Shown here one piece after another: positions 17,400 through 28,886 of a stretch of 64,000 bases of DNA. Source of the stretch: a bacterium. GTDB lineage: Bacteria; Omnitrophota; Gorgyraeia; Zapsychrales; Zapsychraceae. The stretch's first letter is position 1; each line of letters opens with the position of its first letter. The notes beneath the pieces are model-generated. The model ran no database searches and was not told the DNA's origin. It was given only the letters and a program-made list of their open reading frames with translations. The stretch spans positions 32,916 to 96,915 of the forward strand of contig JAUIER010000012.1 in NCBI GenBank assembly GCA_030429765.1. The letters run 5' to 3'. The position numbers and the translations under genes were made by a program.

Positions 17400-17612
17400 T
17401 TAGTTTCCTGTGAGATCATCAAAAACATCCGTTCCAACCGCATTCATCGTATACATGGTGGATTGTAGGGATTGATTGATATTATTGACAAACATTCCGT
17501 TGGGTCTTAGGAATATGAACATAATAACCAGAACGGCGGCAATCATCATTAAGTATTCCGTCATACTCTGGGCCGATCTGGATGTGTGAGAATTGGGCTT
17601 GAGTTTTAGCAT
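17400..17612 (-). CDS. Orphan Flp-family pilin
   Basis: RSAQSMTEY plus TM, then LRPNGMF, similar to the 7312-7533 pilin (LGPNGIF). Confidence 0.75.
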   Translation of the reverse strand: MLKLKPNSHTSRSAQSMTEYLMMIAAVLVIMFIFLRPNGMFVNNINQSLQSTMYTMNAVGTDVFDDLTGN

Positions 17613-17640
17613 GAAATCCCCCTGTGCGTGCGCGTAATTG

Positions 17641-18429
17641 TCATACCTTTATCCGTTGGCGTGTCGACTGAATTAACTTCCTATCAAGTGTAGCATATAG
17701 TATTTCCTCGCGGTCTGATGATCCTTCCGCAATAACTTTCCCCCATGGATCCACGACGGCCGAATGTCCATAGTACCGGATACCACGGTGATCTTTCCCT
17801 ATCTGATTGGGGGCCAATATGTAACACTGATTTTCGATAGCCCTGGCCCTCAGGAGAGTCATCCAGTGCGCCTGACCGGTTTCGTAAGTGAATGAAGCCG
17901 GAACACACAGGACCTCAGCACCACGCCGGCGGTATTCGCGATATAACTCTGGATAACGAAGATCAAAACAAATTGAAAGCCCCACCGACCATCCCTGAAC
18001 CTTGGCGACCTGAAATCGTCGACCGGCTAAAAATGTCCTGGATTCGTCGACATCCGTCCGACCCACCCGGGCACGGAACAAATGTTGTTTGCGGTACTTG
18101 GCTTCAATATTTCCTCGATTATCAATTAAAATCGAGGTGTTGTAGACCTTTTTTTCACCGGATCTCTTTTCGTATATCGACCCCAGCAAAATTGACACAT
18201 GATGATCACAGGCAATTTTTGCAAATTTTCTCGTCGAGAATCCGGGAATATATTCAGCAACGGACAGTCGTTCAGCCGTACGGCTCAGATCTCCCCGATA
18301 GACAAATACCTCGGGTAAACAAATCAAATCCGCCCGCTTCTTCGCGGCCTTTAGTACCAATTGTTCCGCCTTGAGCAAATTAAACGGCTTATCTGATCCG
18401 GCATCGAGTTGTATCAGTGCTACTTTCAT
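17641..18429 (-). CDS. Carbon-nitrogen hydrolase (Nit1 / deaminated glutathione amidase-like)
   Basis: LICLPE, YRKQHLF, SICFDLRYPE, LLRARAIENQCY. Confidence 0.9.
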   Translation of the reverse strand: MKVALIQLDAGSDKPFNLLKAEQLVLKAAKKRADLICLPEVFVYRGDLSRTAERLSVAEYIPGFSTRKFAKIACDHHVSILLGSIYEKRSGEKKVYNTSILIDNRGNIEAKYRKQHLFRARVGRTDVDESRTFLAGRRFQVAKVQGWSVGLSICFDLRYPELYREYRRRGAEVLCVPASFTYETGQAHWMTLLRARAIENQCYILAPNQIGKDHRGIRYYGHSAVVDPWGKVIAEGSSDREEILYATLDRKLIQSTRQRIKV

Positions 18430-18507
18430 TCACTCAAGATTGTCGTCGATATTGAACCTGAAACCTATTCTCATTCTAGTTTCATATTGTGAAAAAGGCA
18501 ATGTGTT

Positions 18508-19476
18508 TTATGATATCTGCAGCGAATGCAAAAAAGATCCTTGGGTGAGAAAATGCTGAATGGAATCCACCGTCGCCCGGGTTTTACGGGCTAATCCTTC
18601 GATTGTGTTAAACGCATTGTGCGGGGTAAACAGGACATTATCCCGTTGAGATAACTTAGCCGCTGTTTCAATCCAGGTATGACGCATATGCCCGGCCCTG
18701 AGCCCATCCGCCAGAACGCCCTCCTGCTCAAAGACATCCATGGCCAAGCCATTCAAAATACCTTCATCCAGTAACCGACGCATATCCTCCAGCGGTGTAA
18801 TCTCACCCCGCGAAATATTGACCAGACACATCAAAGATCCGCTGTTCTTGATTCGCTCGTAACCGAGCATACCGTGGGTCAAATCCGTGAGAGGCAAGGC
18901 GCAGACGACAATATTCGCCCAGCTTAGGCCATCCTCCAACCCCACATACTCACACATATCTGTTTGTGGGCTGATATCCACCCCCCGAACCTCCATACCC
19001 AGGGCCTGAGCCATCTTCACTACCTGACGACCAATATGGCCGACACCGACAACCAATACCCGTTTCCCAGGGCATTCATAACCAGTCAAATCGTCCCGGT
19101 TAAACGTTTGGAAATGAAGGTATTGCCTTTTAAACTGCCGGAGTAAAGAGATCACTGAAAAAACGGCGTGCTCCGCTACCGAATAACTGCAATAATCACC
19201 TAAATATCCCAATGATACTCTCGCATTTGATCCCGCAAACATCCTGGTTAAATGATCATAACCTTGACTACGTGTCAGTACAGCATCAATCGTCCCATAC
19301 CAATCAGCGGGAATGACGGATTGCGTTCTTATACAGATAATTCTGGAGATAGGGGCTGATTCGTCGGCCTCCTGAACGGTTTCAGGGTGATATTGAACCT
19401 TCAGCGTCGGGGGAAGGATCGACTTTAGACGATCCTGTTCTTCACGAAACACTTCGTAAAAGGCAACATCATACAT
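18508..19476 (-). CDS. D-isomer-specific 2-hydroxyacid dehydrogenase (D-lactate dehydrogenase-like)
   Basis: GVGHIG Rossmann motif, NISRG, DVFEQE, TPHNAF; start reassigned to MYDVAFYE. Confidence 0.85.
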   Translation of the reverse strand: MYDVAFYEVFREEQDRLKSILPPTLKVQYHPETVQEADESAPISRIICIRTQSVIPADWYGTIDAVLTRSQGYDHLTRMFAGSNARVSLGYLGDYCSYSVAEHAVFSVISLLRQFKRQYLHFQTFNRDDLTGYECPGKRVLVVGVGHIGRQVVKMAQALGMEVRGVDISPQTDMCEYVGLEDGLSWANIVVCALPLTDLTHGMLGYERIKNSGSLMCLVNISRGEITPLEDMRRLLDEGILNGLAMDVFEQEGVLADGLRAGHMRHTWIETAAKLSQRDNVLFTPHNAFNTIEGLARKTRATVDSIQHFLTQGSFLHSLQIS

Positions 19477-19481
19477 AAAAA

Positions 19482-20051
19482 TCAGGATTCTTTCATTGGG
19501 GACAGCCAAATTTTGAAATGTTCGGCTGGAAACATATACGTCCAAAAACGTTCATATGCCATCGGGTATTTATTAAAAATTTTGTGTAGAAAGAATCTTC
19601 GGTGGGCCCGGTGAAAGGTGATTTCTTTTTTGAGAAGTCGGAATTTCTTGCCTTTTAGCCAGGTGTATTCATCTTCGATATAATCGTCAAATCCGAAAAA
19701 ATTGAAACGTAGTTTGTGGTGAGGTGTATTCGCGCACCAGGAAGAATGATGCGGAACTTCAATATAGATCGTTCCATCCTTACGACAGATCCGATGAAGT
19801 TCACTCATAACCGGCGGTAAATTTTCTAGATGTTCAAGTACATGATGACAAATGATCTCTTGAAATTGATTGTCCTTGAAGGGATAAGGACATTGATTGA
19901 GATCATGAATCACATCGGGATTATGTTCGGGATCAATATCCAGCGTGACGGCGTCATCGTCCTGTTTTCCGGCATGCCCCAGGACCAATTTTGACTTGGT
20001 TGTCTCAATTTCCCGACGTGAAGAAGGTTTGATTAACTCTTGCTGATTCAT
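19482..20051 (-). CDS. Class I SAM-dependent methyltransferase domain protein
   Basis: LDID...DVIHDLN..PYPFKDN.F..I...HVLEHL...ELHRI...G.IYIEVPH. Confidence 0.75.
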   Translation of the reverse strand: MNQQELIKPSSRREIETTKSKLVLGHAGKQDDDAVTLDIDPEHNPDVIHDLNQCPYPFKDNQFQEIICHHVLEHLENLPPVMSELHRICRKDGTIYIEVPHHSSWCANTPHHKLRFNFFGFDDYIEDEYTWLKGKKFRLLKKEITFHRAHRRFFLHKIFNKYPMAYERFWTYMFPAEHFKIWLSPMKES

Positions 20052-20078
20052 CAATTGCGCTCCGATTTGCCAAAAAAG

Positions 20079-20104
20079 ATAGGGCCATCAAATGATGGCC
20101 CTAT
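20079..20104 (-). terminator. Terminator after tRNA-Glu
   Basis: atagggccatca-aa-tgatggccctat with a T-tract on the minus strand. Confidence 0.7.
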
Positions 20105-20108
20105 ATAA

Positions 20109-20185
20109 TGGCGACCCCAGCGGGATTTGAACCCGCGCTGCTAGCTTGAAAAGCTAGAGTCCTAACCAGGCTAGACGATGGGGTC
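20109..20185 (-). tRNA. tRNA-Glu(TTC)
   Basis: Cloverleaf GACCCCA...TGGGGTC-GCCA; anticodon arm CTAGC-TT-TTC-AA-GCTAG; GGTTCAAATCC T-arm. Confidence 0.95.
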
Positions 20186-20264
20186 GAAATATCGACGTAC
20201 TTCAAATTCAGAATCCCTATTATATTCAAGATTTATTCCGGGTCAAGTAAAATTATTCGACGAT

Positions 20265-22715
20265 TTACCCTTCCTTGGAAACCACGTTGGCGATCGAGGT
20301 CACATGATCTTCACCCTTAAGTGTGATCAATCGGACACCTACCGCACTGCGGCCGGTCTGACGAATTTCGTCGGGCGAACAACGCACAATCATCCCCGTT
20401 TTCGTGACGGCCATGATCTCGTCATCCTTCATTACCGCCAACACGCCCACAACCTTTCCGTTACGATCGGTGACCTTGACATTGATAATCCCTTTGCCGC
20501 CTCGGCTTTGAATACGGTAATCGTTAAAGTCAGAACGCTTCGCGTATCCACTCTGTGTCACGGTCAATAATGTGCGTCCGGTTTTACTGATGTCCGGCGG
20601 GAACACTATCATACTTACGACTTCATCGTCTTTGGCCAGATTAATTCCCCGAACCCCTTTCGCGGAACGTCCCATCGGCCGGATATTCTTTTCCGGAAAC
20701 CGTAAGGCCTTACCGGCTCTTGTCGCCAGGATAACCTCACTCTTGCCATTACTTAAGGCGGTTCCAATCAAGGAATCCCCTTTATCCAGCGTAATTCCAA
20801 CAATACCACCCTTACGTGGATTACTGAAAAGAGACAGATTTGTCTTCTTTACATTTCCTTTAGCCGTCGCCATGACCAATTCAAAATCTTCAGCAAATTC
20901 TTTAACCGCGACAATCGAACTGATCCGTTCGTTGTTTTTCATCGATAACAGATTCACGATATTCTTTCCCTTCGCTGTACGCGAAGCAATTGGAATCTCG
21001 TAAACCTTCAGCCACCGGACAATCCCCAGATTAGAAAAAATCAAGAGATAGTCTTTCGAAGACGCTACAAATAATTGCTTAACAAAGTCTTCTTCCTTCG
21101 TTGACATCGCGGAAACACCCTTACCGCCTCGACGCTGTTTTCGATAGGAAGACACAGCAATTCGTTTGATATAGCCTGAGTTACTGATCGTAATCGCCAT
21201 ATCTTCTTCAGCGATCAAATCTTCTACTTCGATTTCCTCGGCTTTGGCTGCGATTTCTGTTCTTCGTTCGTTGGCATACTTCTTTTTTATATGTTCCAAT
21301 TCGGTTTTGATAATTCCATCGATCTTTTGTTCCGAAGCCAAAATCGCCCGGTAATTATCAATATCTTTTAACAGCGCTTGATACTCGGCTTCGATTTTGT
21401 CGCGCTCTAAGGCTGTTAAACGCTGCAATTGCATTTCCAGAATTGCTTGGGCCTGAATCTCGGAAAGCCCGAATTTATTCATCAGATTAACCTTAGCCTC
21501 GGCTGTACTCTTGGATTCCCGAATCGTCTTGATGATCAGATTAATCTTATCAATCGCAATCTTAAGACCTTCAAGAATATGGGCGCGTCGAAGGGCACGA
21601 TCCAAATCAAATTGCGTTCGTCGTCGGATAATAATCCGGCGGTGATTCAGATAGTGATACAGAATCTCTTTAACATTGAGAATTTTAGGACGACCACTCA
21701 CAATAGCCAGATTAATAATTCCAAAGGTGGTCTCTAATTGGGTGTGTTTGAAAAGTCTATTCAGGACAATTTGAGGTTCAACATCCCGACGCATCTCAAT
21801 CACAATTCGGATACCATCTTTATCCGATTCATCACGAATATCTGTAATCCCATCGATCTTTTTATTTTGAACAAGGGAAGCGATTGATTTGATCAAATTC
21901 GCTTTATTGACCTGATAAGGAATTTCAGTAATGACAATAAAATCTTTTTTATTGTTCTGTTTTTCGATAATTGCTTTAGCTCGGACGACAAGTTTACCTC
22001 GCCCCGTCTCATACGCACTCTTAATCCCGTCTTTACCGCAGATAATTCCTCCTGTCGGGAAATCCGGTCCTTTGATCGTTGAGCTTAATTTCTTAATCGA
22101 GATATCAGGATCTTCAATCAACTTAACGGCCGCATCGACAACTTCACCAAGATTATGCGGCGGCATATTTGTTGCCATCCCAACCGCGATACCACTTGAC
22201 CCATTGATTAAAAGATTGGGTAGGGCTGCAGGTAAAATAACCGGTTCTTTAAGTGAATCATCAAAATTAGGTTGAAAGTCGACCGTATTTTTTTCGATAT
22301 CCCCCAGCATTTCGCTAGTAATCGCGGCCATACGGGCTTCGGTATATCGCATCGCGGCAGCGGCATCACCATCAATCGATCCGAAGTTGCCCTGTCCATC
22401 GACAAGCGGATAGCGCAGCGAAAAATCCTGAACCATACGGACAATTGTGTCATAGATCGCCGAATCACCATGAGGGTGATACTTACCCATCGTCTCACCA
22501 ACGATACGCGCGGATTTTTTATAGGGTTTACCATAATCCAATGAAAGTTCTTTCATCGCATATAGGACACGACGGTGAACCGGCTTCAATCCATCCCGGA
22601 CATCCGGTAATGCACGGCCAACGATAACACTCATCGAGTAAGCGAGATACGATTTACGCATCTCCTCTTCGATATATACCGGGATAATTTTTTGTTTATC
22701 TGATGAATCTTTCAT
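20265..22715 (-). CDS. gyrA: DNA gyrase subunit A
   Basis: [29 protein letters not shown], GyrA-box QRRGGKG. Confidence 0.98.
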   Translation of the reverse strand: MKDSSDKQKIIPVYIEEEMRKSYLAYSMSVIVGRALPDVRDGLKPVHRRVLYAMKELSLDYGKPYKKSARIVGETMGKYHPHGDSAIYDTIVRMVQDFSLRYPLVDGQGNFGSIDGDAAAAMRYTEARMAAITSEMLGDIEKNTVDFQPNFDDSLKEPVILPAALPNLLINGSSGIAVGMATNMPPHNLGEVVDAAVKLIEDPDISIKKLSSTIKGPDFPTGGIICGKDGIKSAYETGRGKLVVRAKAIIEKQNNKKDFIVITEIPYQVNKANLIKSIASLVQNKKIDGITDIRDESDKDGIRIVIEMRRDVEPQIVLNRLFKHTQLETTFGIINLAIVSGRPKILNVKEILYHYLNHRRIIIRRRTQFDLDRALRRAHILEGLKIAIDKINLIIKTIRESKSTAEAKVNLMNKFGLSEIQAQAILEMQLQRLTALERDKIEAEYQALLKDIDNYRAILASEQKIDGIIKTELEHIKKKYANERRTEIAAKAEEIEVEDLIAEEDMAITISNSGYIKRIAVSSYRKQRRGGKGVSAMSTKEEDFVKQLFVASSKDYLLIFSNLGIVRWLKVYEIPIASRTAKGKNIVNLLSMKNNERISSIVAVKEFAEDFELVMATAKGNVKKTNLSLFSNPRKGGIVGITLDKGDSLIGTALSNGKSEVILATRAGKALRFPEKNIRPMGRSAKGVRGINLAKDDEVVSMIVFPPDISKTGRTLLTVTQSGYAKRSDFNDYRIQSRGGKGIINVKVTDRNGKVVGVLAVMKDDEIMAVTKTGMIVRCSPDEIRQTGRSAVGVRLITLKGEDHVTSIANVVSKEG

Positions 22716-22738
22716 TATATTCCTTTCACATCATAAAC

Positions 22739-25482
<2,744 letters not shown>

Positions 25483-25520
25483 AAGCCTTTTTTAATATCT
25501 ATGATTTTTTTAAAATTAAA

Positions 25521-26609
25521 TCAGATTCGCATAGGTAAGGCCAGATATAAATAGTCATTCATCCGCATGACCGCAGGCTTATCCACTCCCATTAACTCCA
25601 TGTGAATTTCCTCGTCATTGATGTTTTTTAGAAAATCAATCAGGAATTGAGGATTAAATCCCACCACCATTTCGGAACCCTTGTATTCCACTGGAATCTC
25701 TTCACGCGATTCACCCACATCCGGGGTGGTTTTAGAAACAACCATTTTATCGGTAAACACCTCGAATTTTACGGCCTGAAAATCTGGAGTTGACAATAAA
25801 TTGGCTCGACGAATACTGGACAATAATTCCTGTGTGTTCATAACTATTTTATTATCAGCAGGTTTTGGAATAACTTGATTATAATTTGGGAATTCGCCCT
25901 CAATCACACGAGTGGCTATTAACACTCCACCAATATCAAACAGGATCTGATTGGATCCTATGATAAAGGATACTGTCCCTTCATCTTTGAGATTTCGGTT
26001 GATTTCCTGAATGGCCTTGATGGGAATAATGACATTGGTGTCGTTTTTTAAAGGCGATTTGACTGTTCTCTCGATTTTAGCCAAACGGCGTCCATCAGTA
26101 GCAACGACACGAATCGTATTTCCGCTGATTTCAAAAAGAACACCATTCAATACGTATCGCGATTCTTCATGTGAAACAGCAAATGACGTCAGTTTGAACA
26201 TTTCCTTAAGTAGAGATTGTTCAATTTCAATCCGATCTTTCTTGTTAAACTCCGGAAACTTTGGAAACTCATCTCTCGGCAGGCCGATCAGTTTAAAGCG
26301 GTAATTGGTCCCTTCGATATCGATCTGATTGTTCTTTTTGGTATTCACGATGATATCCCCAAACGGGACTTCTTTAATGATGTCACTAAAACGTTTAGCG
26401 GGAATAGTTATTGCCCCTTCTTCAATTGTTTCCACAGGTATTTCACATGATATGCCGATGTCTAAATCGGTGGCATTTAAACGAAGAATATTATCCTTAG
26501 TCTCAGCTAAGATGTTGCTTAATATAGGTAGAGTCACTTTTGTCGATACAACGTTTTGTACTGTCTGTATTCCAAAAAGTAGGTTTTCCTTTGATGCTTT
26601 AAATTTCAT
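25521..26609 (-). CDS. dnaN: DNA polymerase III beta clamp
   Basis: LPILSNIL, ATDLD, SRYVLNG, VATDGRRLA, GEFPNY, LPMRI. Confidence 0.97.
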   Translation of the reverse strand: MKFKASKENLLFGIQTVQNVVSTKVTLPILSNILAETKDNILRLNATDLDIGISCEIPVETIEEGAITIPAKRFSDIIKEVPFGDIIVNTKKNNQIDIEGTNYRFKLIGLPRDEFPKFPEFNKKDRIEIEQSLLKEMFKLTSFAVSHEESRYVLNGVLFEISGNTIRVVATDGRRLAKIERTVKSPLKNDTNVIIPIKAIQEINRNLKDEGTVSFIIGSNQILFDIGGVLIATRVIEGEFPNYNQVIPKPADNKIVMNTQELLSSIRRANLLSTPDFQAVKFEVFTDKMVVSKTTPDVGESREEIPVEYKGSEMVVGFNPQFLIDFLKNINDEEIHMELMGVDKPAVMRMNDYLYLALPMRI

Positions 26610-26758
26610 TTGTTAACACCTCGCTAACTATATTTTTTAAATTAAACTAGTCTTCGTATTAGTAGAACCTGTGGATAATTTGAACAAATTTATAACATAC
26701 TGAATTAATTGAATTTACAACTTAAATCGATGTTTATAACCTATGTGCAAACCCGTGG
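26610..26758. other. oriC unwinding region (AT-rich element, DnaA-trios, DnaA boxes)
   Basis: Perfect box TGTGGATAA 26670-26678 adjacent to TAG-TCT-TCG-TAT-TAG-TAG (26648-26665) and an AT-rich tract; weaker box 26731-26739; lies between dnaA and dnaN, close to the gene-orientation switch. Confidence 0.8.
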
Positions 26759-28105
26759 TTATTGTTTTAATTGTGTTGTTAACTTCAGGACAGCTGTTTT
26801 TAACTCAGGATTTGATTCCAAATCATTATCAACTTTTTTACAGGCATGCAAAACAGTAGTGTGATCTTTACCCCCAAAGGCATTGCCGATTTCGGGAAGT
26901 GACATATTAGCCAGGTTGCGACACAGATACATAGCAACTTGACGAGCGACAACAATATTCTTGGTTCTTTTTTTAGCCCGAAGATCCGCCATCGTTACGG
27001 TAAAAAATTGGGCCACCGTTTTTTGGATCATTTCGACACTGATAATCTTAGTGCTCTCCTGAACCATGTCTTTCAAAATAATCTTGGCCATGTCCAACGA
27101 AATAGGTGTATCTTCAAGTAATGCATAAGCCGCAACCCGGATCAGGGCTCCTTCCAGTTCGCGGATATTGGTTTTGATCTCTTCGGCAATAAAATAGATC
27201 ACATCTTCCGGGACTTTTACTGTTTCGCTTTCCATTTTCTTTCGCAGAATCGCAACGCGCGTTTCAAAGTCTGGTGGCTGGATATCAGTAATGAGCCCCC
27301 ACGAAAACCGGGAACTCAATCGCTCCTCGAGATTAGATATCTCTTTAGGCGGTCGGTCCGATGTGATGATAATCTGTTTACGGCTGTCGTGCAGCACATT
27401 AAACGTATGAAAAAATTCTTCTTGTGTCGATTCTTTACCGGCGATGAACTGAATGTCGTCGATCAATAGAATATCAATCTCGCGGTATTTCTTACGGAAA
27501 TTATTTGTCGAGCGGGTCCGGATCGAATCGATGAGTTCATTGGTAAACCGCTCCGACGACATATAAAAATGTTTGAGTTGCGGATGGACTTGTGAAATCT
27601 TATGAGTGATGGCCTGAATCAAATGGGTTTTTCCTAATCCCACTTGACCATATATAAAGAGAGGATTATAAGCTTTGGCCGGTGACTCGGCTACAGCTAA
27701 TCCGGCGGCCGCGGCAAATCGGTTTGACGACCCCACAACAAAATTATCAAAGGTAAAACGGGCATTGAGTTTTGACGGTGACGTCGTCGAGAGATTAGGT
27801 GTTTGGTTGAATCCCTTCTCGAATTCTGTCAACCGATGTTGCGTGTCTTTTTTGAGGATATTCGAATTAACCGCAAATTCCAGGTTCAGGGATTGGGTAG
27901 ATAAAGTTTGCAGTGTGTCCTGGATGAAAGTTTTATAGTGTTCGACAATCCAGTTTTTAAAAAAGTCGTCAGGTGTCTCAATGATAAGAGTGTCGGGACT
28001 TTTTTCTTTGACTTGAACGGTTGAAAACCAGGTTTCATAGGAGGTGGCTCCGACCTTTTCTTTGATATCGTCCTGGGCTTTTTCCCAAATTCCGGTAAGA
28101 CTCAT
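26759..28105 (-). CDS. dnaA: Chromosomal replication initiator DnaA
   Basis: YNPLFIYGQVGLGKTHL, LLIDDIQF, FGGKDHTTVLHA. Confidence 0.98.
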   Translation of the reverse strand: MSLTGIWEKAQDDIKEKVGATSYETWFSTVQVKEKSPDTLIIETPDDFFKNWIVEHYKTFIQDTLQTLSTQSLNLEFAVNSNILKKDTQHRLTEFEKGFNQTPNLSTTSPSKLNARFTFDNFVVGSSNRFAAAAGLAVAESPAKAYNPLFIYGQVGLGKTHLIQAITHKISQVHPQLKHFYMSSERFTNELIDSIRTRSTNNFRKKYREIDILLIDDIQFIAGKESTQEEFFHTFNVLHDSRKQIIITSDRPPKEISNLEERLSSRFSWGLITDIQPPDFETRVAILRKKMESETVKVPEDVIYFIAEEIKTNIRELEGALIRVAAYALLEDTPISLDMAKIILKDMVQESTKIISVEMIQKTVAQFFTVTMADLRAKKRTKNIVVARQVAMYLCRNLANMSLPEIGNAFGGKDHTTVLHACKKVDNDLESNPELKTAVLKLTTQLKQ

Positions 28106-28192
28106 ATGCGAAACCGACCCCCCGCTAAGGCAGTTAATAACTCATTTGTTCTAAATAACTGTTATTAAAAAATTTAGGACTATAAAAAAACA

Positions 28193-28222
28193 ATGTTAAC
28201 AGGTTATCCACATTGTGGGTAT
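28193..28222. promoter_or_regulatory. DnaA box cluster in the dnaA leader (autoregulation / second oriC part)
   Basis: Perfect TTATCCACA 28204-28212; TGTGGGTAT 28214-28222. Confidence 0.7.
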
Positions 28223-28356
28223 ATGTCATATGGATGTTCTGTTGGGGAAACAACGAAAGAGATTCCCAAAAGTAAGGTGTTGAAAACGCGCGAACAGGTG
28301 TCTGACCGATCATTTTCCGACGAGATTAAGGCAATGAAAAATCGAAATAGTGATTC

Positions 28357-28384
28357 ATTATAACAAAGAAAAAATGTAATTCAA
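28357..28384 (-). promoter_or_regulatory. Putative dnaA promoter
   Basis: TTGAAT-N16-TATAAT with an extended -10 TG. Confidence 0.55.
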
Positions 28385-28567
28385 ATCAAATTTTGTTGGC
28401 CAAAATGCCGATGGTTCCCAAACAAGATGATCAATATTTTTTTTCTCGACGAGAAGATTCAAAAGCTCAGGACAAAAAAATCCAGCCTTTTTCAGGCTGA
28501 GAAAGTATGTCCCAGAGTCGTATATCATTGTGGGGCATAAATTTTCACTTTTAATGCCATAAATCCC

Positions 28568-28595
28568 TTGACTAAGATTAGGCCTATGCTATAAT
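28568..28595 (+). promoter_or_regulatory. rpmH promoter
   Basis: TTGACT-N16-TATAAT with an extended -10 TG. Confidence 0.65.
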
Positions 28596-28679
28596 TGGCG
28601 GATTAATGACTGGGATCAGTCACCAAACAGATCATCGGGATGGTTAAGGATAACCATCCTATTTTTTAAGGAACATGTC

Positions 28680-28817
28680 ATGAAAAAGAACTTAAAGACT
28701 CCTACAATATTGAAGGGTAAACGAACGCACGGGTTTCGCAAGCGAATGAGTACTCAAGATGGTCGAGATATCATCAATCGACGTCGTCGAAAAGGGCGTA
28801 AAAGTTTAGCGAAATAG
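28680..28817 (+). CDS. rpmH: 50S ribosomal protein L34 (45 aa, below ORF cutoff)
   Basis: [45 protein letters not shown]; divergent from dnaA. Confidence 0.95.
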   Translation: MKKNLKTPTILKGKRTHGFRKRMSTQDGRDIINRRRRKGRKSLAK

Positions 28818-28886
28818 GCCCGACCAATGCGTTTTAAACAGGCTTTTAACCAAAAATAATACACACATTTGTGTGGTTTTTAAGCT

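Noticed and set aside
20109-20185. tRNA-Glu as an integration site for an island
   Set aside because: No integrase and no duplicated tRNA 3' end seen in the window
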